From Candidatus Moraniibacteriota bacterium (GTDB taxonomy: Bacteria; Patescibacteriota; Minisyncoccia; Moranbacterales; UBA9337): a stretch of DNA of 64,000 nt. Both the position numbers and the translations under genes were made by a program. This document shows positions 1 through 9,800 of this stretch, in pieces. Numbering within the stretch: position 1 is the stretch's first letter; every line of letters begins with the position of its first letter. The stretch lies in NCBI GenBank assembly GCA_026985555.1, contig JALSQF010000003.1, positions 62,605 through 126,604 on the forward strand. Reading direction: 5' to 3'. The notes beneath the pieces are model-generated. The model did not search any database. It saw only the letters and a program-made list of their open reading frames with translations, and had not been told where the DNA came from.

Positions 1-88
1 CTTTTTGTTGTTCTTGATTAAGATTAGAAAGTAATTCATTCATAAATAGCAGTTTAACATAAAAGGATTTAGTTGACAAAAATTATTC

Positions 89-137
89 TTTCTGGCTATT
101 TAAATATCCATTTAAATGGATATTTAAATAGCCAGAA
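89..137. repeat. 48-bp perfect palindrome, copy 1 of 5 (TTCTGGCTATTTAAATATCCATTT|AAATGGATATTTAAATAGCCAGAA)
   Basis: Exact reverse-complement symmetry read directly. It contains three ATTTAAAT motifs and sits upstream of the GT2 gene promoter. Confidence 0.95.
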
Positions 138-183
138 ATTAAAAAATAAATTTTTAATAGTAGGACGTATTAAGATTAAGGTA

Positions 184-212
184 TTGACAAAAAAGAAAAA
201 ATATGCTAGTAT
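184..212 (+). promoter_or_regulatory. sigma70-like promoter TTGACA-N17-TAGTAT
   Basis: TTGACA at 184-189, 17-nt spacer, TAGTAT at 207-212, about 28 nt upstream of the ATG at 241. Confidence 0.55.
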
Positions 213-240
213 TTGAAGTTAAATTATAAAAAATAATTTT

Positions 241-1206
241 ATGCAAAAAATAACTCGTCAAAAAATATCCGTTATTATTCCCACTTATAATGTGGAGGAT
301 TTAATAGAACAAGCCATTAAATCTGTGCAATGGGCGGATGAAATTTTAGTAGTAGATTCTTTTTCTACCGATAAAACTGTTATTAAGGCTAAAAAATTAG
401 GCGCGCGAGTTTTAGCCCATGAATATGTTTATAGCGCTAAACAAAAAAACTGGGCTATTCCTCAAGCTAAATATGATTGGATATTACTTTTAGATAGTGA
501 TGAGGTAGTAACTAAAGAATTAAAAAATAATATTCAGAGATTGCTATCTAATCCACGAGAATTAAATCAATATGATGGGTTTGGTATCGCGAGAAAACAT
601 TTCTTTTTTGGAAAATTCTTGCGTTGGGGTGGTCGTTATCCTCTTTATAATATCCGTCTTTTTAGAAAATCTTGTCGTTATGAAGATCGCGATGTGCATG
701 CTCATATTCTTTTATCTAAAGAGAAAATTAAGAATATTAAAGGAGATATTCTACACTATAGTGATAGAACTTTAGAACAATTTTTTGAAAAATTTAATCG
801 CTATTCTACCTACCAAGCCAATTATATGTTGAAAGTTCATCAGCAGGGTTTAAATAAATTTCAATGGAGAGAAATATTAAATCCTTTTTATACAAAAGCT
901 TATTTGAAAGATATTTGGCAATTTTTACCTTTTACTCCTACCTTACGTTTTCTATATATGTATGTTTTACGTTTAGGATTTTTAGATGGGAAGTTTGGTT
1001 TTATGATAGCTTTATTATATGCTTTTCAAGATTATGTTTCTAAAACTAAATATATGGAATTAACAGGTAAAAAACCTAGTCTACGTTTATTAATTCAAGA
1101 AAAAATGATGCGTAGAATTAGTAAAATTAAAATTATTAAAACGGAAAAAAAAGCTTCCAAAAAATATAATCAGAATTTATCTATAGTAGATAGTGTTTAT
1201 AATTAA
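241..1206 (+). CDS. family 2 glycosyltransferase (LPS/glycan core type)
   Basis: N-terminal IIPTYN...VVDSFSTD and DSDE (DXD) motifs typical of GT2 (GT-A fold). Confidence 0.75.
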   Translation: MQKITRQKISVIIPTYNVEDLIEQAIKSVQWADEILVVDSFSTDKTVIKAKKLGARVLAHEYVYSAKQKNWAIPQAKYDWILLLDSDEVVTKELKNNIQRLLSNPRELNQYDGFGIARKHFFFGKFLRWGGRYPLYNIRLFRKSCRYEDRDVHAHILLSKEKIKNIKGDILHYSDRTLEQFFEKFNRYSTYQANYMLKVHQQGLNKFQWREILNPFYTKAYLKDIWQFLPFTPTLRFLYMYVLRLGFLDGKFGFMIALLYAFQDYVSKTKYMELTGKKPSLRLLIQEKMMRRISKIKIIKTEKKASKKYNQNLSIVDSVYN

Positions 1207-1232
1207 TTAATAATTATCAATAATTTAAATCT

Positions 1233-1928
1233 ATGTCTCATAATTTTTTCTACAATTTAAAAAAGCAGTGGCAATTAGTATTTTTTTCTGCATTGTTATT
1301 AGCTAGTATAAGTTTTGCTTTGAGCACTATTTTACCCATTAAATATGAAAGCACAGTAAGTATTTTGATTATTCAAAAACAATCAGTGGAAAAAGTGGAT
1401 GCTTTTTCAGCGGCTAAATCGGCTGAATACTTAAGTCAGATTTTTTCTAGAATAATTTATACTAATAAATTTTTTCAAGAACTTTTTCAATCACCCTATA
1501 AAATTGTTAATGATTTTCCTCGTGATCCAGAGGAATGGAAAAAAAGTTGGAAAAAAGCAGTGGCAGTTAAAAAAATTAATAACACTGGTATAATTAAGAT
1601 TTCCGTTCTTTCTTCTTCTAGAGATCAGGCGGAAAATTTAGCGCAAGCTATTGCTTGGAATCTTTCTCAAAATGGTCAAAAGTATCACGGAGGAGGAGAT
1701 AGAGTGGAGATTAAACTTATTGATGGTCCTATAACTCCCTTTGATTCCGCTTGGCCAAAGGTATGGCTAAATACTTTACTGGGGTTACTGGTGGGAGTTT
1801 TAATCGCTGGATCTATTATTTACTTTTTTCCAGATAATCAATTATTAAGAAAAAAGAAAAATAGTTTTTCTAGTCCAGAAGAGTATTTAACAGAATGGAG
1901 AGAATTGGAGGGTATTGACAACGAGTAA
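1233..1928 (+). CDS. Wzz-like polysaccharide chain-length determinant, short form
   Basis: N- and C-terminal transmembrane helices flank a periplasmic-type domain; it lies next to glycosyltransferase genes. Confidence 0.45.
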   Translation: MSHNFFYNLKKQWQLVFFSALLLASISFALSTILPIKYESTVSILIIQKQSVEKVDAFSAAKSAEYLSQIFSRIIYTNKFFQELFQSPYKIVNDFPRDPEEWKKSWKKAVAVKKINNTGIIKISVLSSSRDQAENLAQAIAWNLSQNGQKYHGGGDRVEIKLIDGPITPFDSAWPKVWLNTLLGLLVGVLIAGSIIYFFPDNQLLRKKKNSFSSPEEYLTEWRELEGIDNE

Positions 1929-2010
1929 CATTTCATGCTATAATAAAAAGTTAAAAGTTGATTAAAATTGTTAATTATGTTGTAATTCTTTTTTAAAAGG
2001 GTAGAAGTGA

Positions 2011-2072
2011 GAAAGAAAATTAGGAAAAATTTTCTTTCTTCTTCTGTCCTTACCCAGGACAGACAATTTTAA
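2011..2072 (+). terminator. two tandem hairpins followed by a T/A-rich run
   Basis: Inverted repeats gaaagaaaatt/aattttctttc and tctgtcc/ggacaga downstream of the Wzz-like gene. Confidence 0.4.
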
Positions 2073-2205
2073 AAAATCAAAAAGGAGGTAAAAGAATAAG
2101 ACGGGTTGGCGTTTCTCCCTGGAAAACGTCTGGCTAGTTGCCTAGCTAGCTAAAGTTCTTTAAGATTTCCTCTGTGGGCAGGAGGAAAAAATCAAGGAGG
2201 AAAAC

Positions 2206-2820
2206 ATGAAAAAGATTATTTTTCTCTTCTTTTTTTCCTTTTTTTTCTTACCCTTCTTAGCTTCGGCTGAGCAGGTAATTTTAACCGGTCCTCAGTGGGC
2301 CGTGGACAGGGTTTGTTCAGAGGTGCACTCGGTCCTGCCGGGTGCCTCTCTGACCCAAATTGTAAGGGAGGGTAACACCTCCCTACAATTTCGTGATCAA
2401 GATGGTATCACCCGGCGGGTAATTACCATCTCTCAAGTAGCCCTCACTAGCGAGGGCAGGGCCGTCTCCGATGAGGCCCTGACCCTCGTCGCGGTCTGGC
2501 AGGGGATTCCACCTGCCTACGAATACCGGGCTGGGTGCAGCGATGTGCCTTGGTCCAGATATTCGTCCGGGAGCCAAGTTTGGGCTTCGGCTCCCATGGG
2601 GCAGAGGGTCTATGAAATTGTTAAAAAAGACAACGGTATGGCCAAGACCAAGGCCGTTGTTTGTGGGAGGTGGCAATGTAGTGCATACTTTTGCTCGCCT
2701 CACCGGGTGCCACTCAGCTCCGCGTTGGCGAACCTGCCGGCCGGAGCGATTCGGCTGGTAAGACCCAGCGATGGGTCTCACCAGCCCGTAGAGACCGAAG
2801 GTCTCTACGTGGCACCCTAA
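2206..2820 (+). CDS. secreted cysteine-containing protein with a GC-rich body and AT-rich signal peptide
   Basis: AAGGAGG RBS. Hydrophobic signal peptide ends LASA. The body uses GC-ending codons (ctg, gcc, ggc, ccg) that are atypical for this genome. Confidence 0.6.
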   Translation: MKKIIFLFFFSFFFLPFLASAEQVILTGPQWAVDRVCSEVHSVLPGASLTQIVREGNTSLQFRDQDGITRRVITISQVALTSEGRAVSDEALTLVAVWQGIPPAYEYRAGCSDVPWSRYSSGSQVWASAPMGQRVYEIVKKDNGMAKTKAVVCGRWQCSAYFCSPHRVPLSSALANLPAGAIRLVRPSDGSHQPVETEGLYVAP

Positions 2821-2825
2821 ATTTC

Positions 2826-2890
2826 TCAGGGCAGCGTTCGTTTAGTGATTAATATAATTTTAATCCTAAACGGCGCTGTCCGTTTTTTTA
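2826..2890 (+). terminator. rho-independent terminator
   Basis: GC-rich imperfect hairpin (gggcagcgttcgttta ... taaacggcgctgtcc) followed by gttttttt. Confidence 0.5.
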
Positions 2891-2970
2891 TCTTGAAAAA
2901 ATATTTTTAAAACTTGATTTTTCAATAGCTTAGTTTAAAATGAATTTAAATAAGTCTTTAATGTTTTTCA

Positions 2971-5013
2971 ATGAAAATTAAAACCAAATTTTCTAGTTCA
3001 AGTATCAGACAAGAATTTTTAGAATTTATGAATAAACGAGGGCATAAGATTGTGCCGTCGGCTTCTTTATTGCCGGAAAATGATCCCACGACACTTTTTA
3101 CCGGATCAGGAATGCAACCAATGGTGCGGTATTTATTAGGAGAAAAATATCCCGGAGGCGTAAAGCGAATAGCCAATGTTCAAAAATGTTTTCGTAGTGG
3201 AGATATTGAAGAAGTGGGAGATAATCGGCATACTACTTTTTTTGAAATGCTAGGCAATTGGTCTTTGGGTGATTATTTTAAACAAGAACAAATTGAGTGG
3301 ATTTTTGAATTTTTAACTAAAAAGTTAGAGCTAGATCCTCAGCGGCTTTATGTTTCCGTTTATCGTGGGAATGAAAAATTAGGTTTGCCAAAAGAAGAGG
3401 AGGCGGTGAAAATTTGGCAAAAACAATTTCAAAAAGTAGAAATTGAAGCGAAAAGCGTTGATTTAATAGATTTAAAACAAAAGGGCGTAGATTTAAAAGG
3501 AAAATGTTTAGTGGATTTAGATAATAGAAATAGAATTTTTTATTATTCCGATTCGGAAAATTGGTGGTCACGAGCGGGAGCGCCACATAAAATGCCGCTG
3601 GGCGAGCCAGGCGGTCCTGACTCAGAAATATTTTGGGATTTTGGTCCAGAACATAAATTTCATGAAAATTCTCCTTGGAAAGATCAACCCTGTCATCCAG
3701 CTTGTGAGTGTGGGCGTTTTATGGAAATTGGTAATAGCGTTTTTATGCAATACAAGAAAACTGAAAATGGATTTGAAGAATTGAAACAAAAAAATATTGA
3801 TTTTGGGGGTGGTTTAGAAAGAATGACAGCAGCTGTTTTAGATAATCCTGATATTTTTTTAACAGATTTGTTTCAACTACCAATGAAAAAGTTAGATGCC
3901 ATTTTATGGTCGCAGAAAAATGCTGAACAAACGCAGAAAAATACAGAAAAAGTGACTGATTATAAAGAATCTTTTTATGTAGGTGATGATGAAAATATCA
4001 AACAATCTTTTAGAGTTATTTTAGATCACATTAAGGGAGCGACTTTTTTAATTAATGATGGATCTTTACCTTCTAATAAAGATCAGGGATATTTTACACG
4101 GAGACTTATTCGGCGAGCGGTAAGATTTGGACATCAATTAGGAATAAAAGAAAACTTTACTAGTCAGATTGCCGAAGAGGTGATTAAAACTTATGAGGAT
4201 TATTACAAAGATCTAGGAGAAAATAGAGATAAAATTTTAGGAGCACTGGAAGAAGAAGAAAAAAAGTTTAGGAAGACTTTAGTTAAAGGTTTAAAGAAAA
4301 TGGAGGCGATATTTGATACAACACCACGAGTTGTTAAAAATAAAGGTGAGGCGATTAGAATTGTAACGGGATATCATGCTTTTGACTTATACCAAACCTA
4401 TGGTTTTCCAATAGAAATGTTTATTGAAGAGTTGGATAAAACAGGAATTGAATATGATATAAAAGAAATTAAAAAATCTTTTCAAGAAGAGTTGCAAAAG
4501 CACAAAGATTTATCACGAACGGCTAGCGCTGGAAAATTTAAGGGAGGTTTAGCAGATAATGATGAAGCAACAACTCAATTACATACTATTACACATTTAA
4601 TGTTAGCTGGTTTGCGTAAAGTATTAGGAGAAGAAGTTAGCCAAAAAGGTTCTAATATTACTCCTGAGAGAATTCGTTTTGATTTTTCTTATAGTCAAGC
4701 GATGACAGAGGAGCAAAGAAAAGCCGTAGAAGATTTTGTCAATAATGCTCTAAAAACTGGTGGAAAAGTAGAAATAGCTGAAATGCCTAAACAACAAGCC
4801 ATAGATGAAGGAGTAACAGGCGCTTTTTGGGAAAAATATCCAGAGCAAGTTAAGGTTTATACCATTACTTCTCCTCAAGGTGAAATTTATTCTCGGGAGC
4901 TTTGTGGTGGTCCACATGTTAAAAATCTTTCAGAAATAAAAGGTACGTTTAAAATTCTCAAAGAAAAATCTAGCGGAGCAGGAATAAGAAGAATTAAAGC
5001 TGTATTAAAATAA
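2971..5013 (+). CDS. alaS: alanyl-tRNA synthetase, short form lacking the C-terminal domain
   Basis: Class II aaRS catalytic core (FTGSGMQ..., FFEMLGNWS) and editing-domain HxxxH (HTITHLM). It is 680 aa against about 870 for the typical enzyme. Confidence 0.8.
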   Translation: MKIKTKFSSSSIRQEFLEFMNKRGHKIVPSASLLPENDPTTLFTGSGMQPMVRYLLGEKYPGGVKRIANVQKCFRSGDIEEVGDNRHTTFFEMLGNWSLGDYFKQEQIEWIFEFLTKKLELDPQRLYVSVYRGNEKLGLPKEEEAVKIWQKQFQKVEIEAKSVDLIDLKQKGVDLKGKCLVDLDNRNRIFYYSDSENWWSRAGAPHKMPLGEPGGPDSEIFWDFGPEHKFHENSPWKDQPCHPACECGRFMEIGNSVFMQYKKTENGFEELKQKNIDFGGGLERMTAAVLDNPDIFLTDLFQLPMKKLDAILWSQKNAEQTQKNTEKVTDYKESFYVGDDENIKQSFRVILDHIKGATFLINDGSLPSNKDQGYFTRRLIRRAVRFGHQLGIKENFTSQIAEEVIKTYEDYYKDLGENRDKILGALEEEEKKFRKTLVKGLKKMEAIFDTTPRVVKNKGEAIRIVTGYHAFDLYQTYGFPIEMFIEELDKTGIEYDIKEIKKSFQEELQKHKDLSRTASAGKFKGGLADNDEATTQLHTITHLMLAGLRKVLGEEVSQKGSNITPERIRFDFSYSQAMTEEQRKAVEDFVNNALKTGGKVEIAEMPKQQAIDEGVTGAFWEKYPEQVKVYTITSPQGEIYSRELCGGPHVKNLSEIKGTFKILKEKSSGAGIRRIKAVLK

Positions 5014-5058
5014 AAACAATAAAAGATATTCAACTTAATAATTATTTAAAACAAAAAT

Positions 5059-6552
5059 ATGAAAACAAAAATTATCATAGGTCTAGGAATTATTGTTTTA
5101 ATCTTATCTGGAATATTTACTTTTAGTATTAGTAAATATTATCAAAACAATATTCAAAACAAACAAGAAGAAATCAAAATTAATAAAAATAATAACAAAA
5201 AAGATGGCAAGCAAGAAACAAATTCTCAATCAGAAGAAATGAAGCAGCAATTAAAAGACGAACAAGCAACGAATAGGGAAAAAGAAATTAATGCAGATAA
5301 AAAAACAGAAATCAAATCTGCTTTGGATAGATTTTTACTTAGTATTTATAATCCTCCCTATGCTTGGCGTTATGGACCTTATCGTGATAAAGATTTTGAT
5401 TATTATCAAAAAGCAGGTTTTGATAATTTTTTATGGGCCAGAGATGAAGCTAAATTAATGGAAAAAATACATAAATATCATTTTAAATATTTTTTGAATG
5501 TTAGAGCGCTATTTCCAGAAGAGGGGCCAGGAAATATTGATTACTTAAGGGGAGTTAAAAATCCTGATGAAGATAATGAAACTTATAATGTTAGACCAGC
5601 AGTGGTGCCAGAGGTTTTATTAAAAAAACTTGATATTTTAGTAGATAAGTATAAAGATGATCCAGATTTAATTGGTTACTGGATTTGTGATGAACCTTTT
5701 CCTTCCGCTTACAAAAATATAGCTAAAGTAATAGAGAGAATTAGACAAAAAGATCCCAAACACTATAGTTTAGTTAATATTGGTGATAATGAATATACTA
5801 CAGAAAAAAATATTGATAAGTTTTTAGAAATAACTAAAGCGAAGGTGCTTTGTTTTGATCGTTATAATTTTTTCAATGGTTTTGATAGAAATAGACAATT
5901 TTTACAACTGCTAGGGATGATTCGTCAAAAAGCTTTAGAATATAACATACCTTTTTATGGTTTTGTGCAGGCCGTTGGTACTAATGGAACTAGCGCTAGT
6001 GAATTAGATTGGCGAACGCCAAATCTCAATGAAATGCGTTGGCTAGCTTATCATATGTTAACTTATGGAGCTAAAGGATTACTTTGGTTTCATTGGGATG
6101 CCGAGGATTGGGGCGTGATACAAAATCCGGCTAGAAATAAGATTTATATAAATTTACAAAAAGTGAATAAAGAAATTAAATCTTTAGGAGATATGATGGC
6201 AAATTTAAAAACAGTAGATGTTTATCAAGTAAAAGGAGAAAAGATTATTGGACAAAGGAAGGAAGGCGATAAGAAATTTATTTATCCAGTAGATAATAAG
6301 ACTAGTTTAACAGTGGGAATGTTCAGTAGAAATGATGGAAAAGAATATTTTATGTTAACAAATACAAGTTATCGCACTTCGGTTAATTCGGAAATAAAAA
6401 TTCTTAAAGCAATTAATGGTTTAGAGGCATTTAACATTGAAACTAAAAAGTGGGAAACAATAAATATAAATGCCAATTCTGATAATACAACTTTCATGCT
6501 AGAATTAGAAAAAGGAAGTGGAAAGTTATTTAGAGAGAAAATGGAATTTTAA
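5059..6552 (+). CDS. membrane-anchored hypothetical protein, possibly a TIM-barrel glycoside hydrolase
   Basis: N-terminal transmembrane helix, Lys/Asn-rich linker, GYWICDEP-type motif. The family is not assigned. Confidence 0.3.
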   Translation: MKTKIIIGLGIIVLILSGIFTFSISKYYQNNIQNKQEEIKINKNNNKKDGKQETNSQSEEMKQQLKDEQATNREKEINADKKTEIKSALDRFLLSIYNPPYAWRYGPYRDKDFDYYQKAGFDNFLWARDEAKLMEKIHKYHFKYFLNVRALFPEEGPGNIDYLRGVKNPDEDNETYNVRPAVVPEVLLKKLDILVDKYKDDPDLIGYWICDEPFPSAYKNIAKVIERIRQKDPKHYSLVNIGDNEYTTEKNIDKFLEITKAKVLCFDRYNFFNGFDRNRQFLQLLGMIRQKALEYNIPFYGFVQAVGTNGTSASELDWRTPNLNEMRWLAYHMLTYGAKGLLWFHWDAEDWGVIQNPARNKIYINLQKVNKEIKSLGDMMANLKTVDVYQVKGEKIIGQRKEGDKKFIYPVDNKTSLTVGMFSRNDGKEYFMLTNTSYRTSVNSEIKILKAINGLEAFNIETKKWETININANSDNTTFMLELEKGSGKLFREKMEF

Positions 6553-6833
6553 TAATAGTTATTGATGATGTAAAAAATAGAGTATTTTAAATGAGAAGTG
6601 ATTTTTAAAAAAAATGCAAAAATTGATAATTAGCAAATAAAAAACAGTATATAAGGCACAAAAAATAATATTATTAAAATAAACTAGCAACAATAAATAA
6701 TTAGAAATGAGTCTTGATTTTTAAAATATTTCAGAGTGATTTTATTGAAAATGCAAATGTATTAAAATTACAACAAAGTTTTAATTTGCTATTGAAGTCC
6801 AAGTTGAGGTTAAGTTTTTAGAAAAATCATTTT

Positions 6834-9800
6834 ATGGAACAAATAAAATTTTTTAAAAAACCAAAAAATTTAGAAGCGGGGGAAGAACTATTTAAATTAT
6901 TTGAGAATAAGGATAGTATTTTTTTGGATGCTTTAAATAAAGTAATTCAAGGAAAAGATTGGGTTGATGAGCAAAAAAATAGAGTTAATAATTTCTCTGG
7001 ATCTTTACAGGATTATTTAAAATTAACTGAAATAAATGGAGTTAGTAGGGTGGGCGCTTTAAAAATTTTAAAAGGCCTACTAAAAGAAATAAGAAAATCA
7101 AAAAAAGAAGCTATTTCAGATGTAGAAAAAAAGAAACAAATTTATTTGCCTCTATCATATATTGAAAAGATAAATCTTTCTGAAATAGATTTACAAGAAG
7201 GTGATTTGTGGAAAGCATACCAAGAATTTTGGAATAGTTTACCAGACGAAGAAAAGAAATTTTACAAATTTAAAGATGAAATAGTTATTAGCAGGCAATC
7301 ACCAGATGCAAAAAAGCAAGCAGTTGTGGAAGCGGTATCTAATGCTTTAGATGCTATGAGAAATGTTCAAATTGGCGAAAAGGGTTTGGGGATTAAGCAG
7401 CTTTTGTCATATGTAGATGATGGCGGAGAAATTATTATAAAGAGTAAGAAAGATGGTGATAGAGCAAGGTTATTAAATATTAAAAAGGGGGCAGATAATG
7501 ATTATTATTCCAGTATAAAAAATATTGATAACTTTCCCAGTACTTCTGGTACAATAGTTTCTGTAAAATTAAAAAAAGAATTAACCCCGGAAAGAATTAA
7601 AGAAATAGAAAAACAAATTAAATACACTTTCAGATTAACTTTAGGAGCGCAATTAATTTTAAATGGTGAAGTTATCAATAATTATCAAAAAATCAAAAAC
7701 TTAAAAGGTAAAACAGCCAGTGAATATGAATCTACTAAAATAGTTCGTGTAGATATTAAAAATGATAAAATTCAAATTATAGATGGTGGGGTTGGTATGG
7801 ATGCTAAGACATTAAGCACAATGTTTGTTCCGCGTGCTGGCACTAAAAAGATGGCAATTAAAAAGGATAAATCGTTTCCAGAAGTTTGGTTATTGGAGGA
7901 TGAAGTTAATCAGGGAAAGGTATTTTTTTCTCGAGGTAATGAAATTTTAGAAGATGCAGACTTAAAAAATAGTAAATATTTAAATTACTCTCAAAATGGT
8001 CTTCTTTTAGAAGGACCAAATTTTAGAGTTCCAGAATCAAGGCAAGGTATTTTTCTTGATGAAACATTTTTAAATACAATTAACAAGATTGTTACAGAAA
8101 TTTTAAACTCCAACAAACTAGCTCAAGAAAAAGCACAGCTTTTAAATTCTATTTTGATATATTTAGATGAACAAATGCAAAAGAAAAATCTTGGTGATAA
8201 GCAAAAAAACAAAGAGCAAAATAGCGAAATTTTAACTCATATTAAGAAAATAAAAAAGCAGGCCCAACCATTAATTCAGGAATTACAACAAGAATATATA
8301 TTACTACCAAATCATCAAAAATGGCAAAATTTAGATTTAGATAACAGTAAGAGTAATAAAGAATTATTCTATTTAAATGAGAGATTGTTTGATTTTAAAA
8401 TAGAAAGTATTCCAGGCGTGGAACGCGCAGAGTATTTTAGAGGCGCAAAAGTTTATGGTGTAGATTTCAAAGAATTGGATCTAAAAGATAATAAATTTAT
8501 TGAATATAGAGGTAGCTATTTGTTTGATAAAAGGGTATTACAAATTTATGAGCAAGAAACAGATGATTTTAAAAAAGAATCATTAGAAGAATTGATTGAA
8601 TTATCTCTTAATCCGATTATTACTTCTTATGATGAGAAAGAAATTCATATATTAAGAAAAATATTGATCAAAAAACAATCTGTCAAAAAAAATAATAAAG
8701 AAAAACAAAGAGAGCAAGTAGAAACAATACAAAACTCAGTTTTAAGTGATTTATTCCTCAAAGAATACAAGGAATTAAACAAAAAAATGGGCACTTGTCA
8801 TGAAGTCACCTACTTAGAAAACGGTTTATTTGGTTTAAGATTTGAGAAAGGTTTTGTGCTGTTAGACAAAAATAGCCAAGAAAAAATGTCTATAGATAAC
8901 ATGGGTGCTTGTTATGAAGTTACCCAATTAGAAAACGGTTTAATTGGTTTAGGATTTGAACATGGTTTTGTGCTGTTAGACCAAAATAGCCAAGAAAAAA
9001 TGCGAATAGATGATATGGGTAATTGTTTTTGGCTAACTTCACTAGAAAACGGTTTAATTGGTTTAGGATTTGAACATGGTTTTGTGCTGTTAGACCAAAA
9101 TAGCCAAGAAAAAATGCGAATAGATGATATGGGTAATTGTTTTTGGCTAACTTCACTAGAAAACGGTTTAATTGGTTTAAGATTTGAGGATGGTTTTCAG
9201 ACTTTAGATTACTATCATTTTTCACAAAAAATAATAGGACAAGTTAACGAGAACGAATTAGTTGTTCAAATCAAAAATATAATAAATTCCTTAGATGATA
9301 GTTTAATTGACAAGACTGATATTGAAGAAATTTTAATAAGCAGGGTAAGAAACAAATTAAAAGAAATAGAAAAAAACGAACAAGATTTTGAAGGAATAAA
9401 TAATCTTCTTTCTAAACCAGAGCAGTTGTCTCAAGTATTTAGTTATTTACAAAAAAAGGAGCAACAATTTCAAGAATATCAAATTTCAACATATCTAAGA
9501 AATACTATTTTAAGTTTAATGACAGATCCAAAAACAACAGAACAGTTATTTTCTAAATTAGAAGATAACAGTCTTCAAGTAGAAATGGTTTTGAGTATTC
9601 AGAAATTTAAATTATTAGAAAATAATATAGAAGAATTTTCAAACTTATTAAAAGACATTGACAATCTCTATGAAAGAAATTTCTTTTACTCAATTGTAGA
9701 TAAATATTTAAATAATATAGATAAATCTAAACAAGATATTGGATTGCTTTTAGATAAGTTATCTCGTATAAAACAGGCAAGTATCTTTACTACCTTTAAA

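Noticed and set aside
2383-2781. Antisense and overlapping ORFs inside the GC-rich secreted-protein genes (2383-2781 minus strand, 2543-2761, 16856-17122, 17094-17416, 18079-18574)
   Set aside because: They are typical spurious open frames in locally GC-rich DNA. The sense ORFs have RBSs and signal peptides and these do not.
8920-9225. Minus-strand 101-aa ORF inside the tandem repeat array
   Set aside because: Repeat periodicity keeps a frame open by chance. It sits antisense to a clearly coding giant gene.
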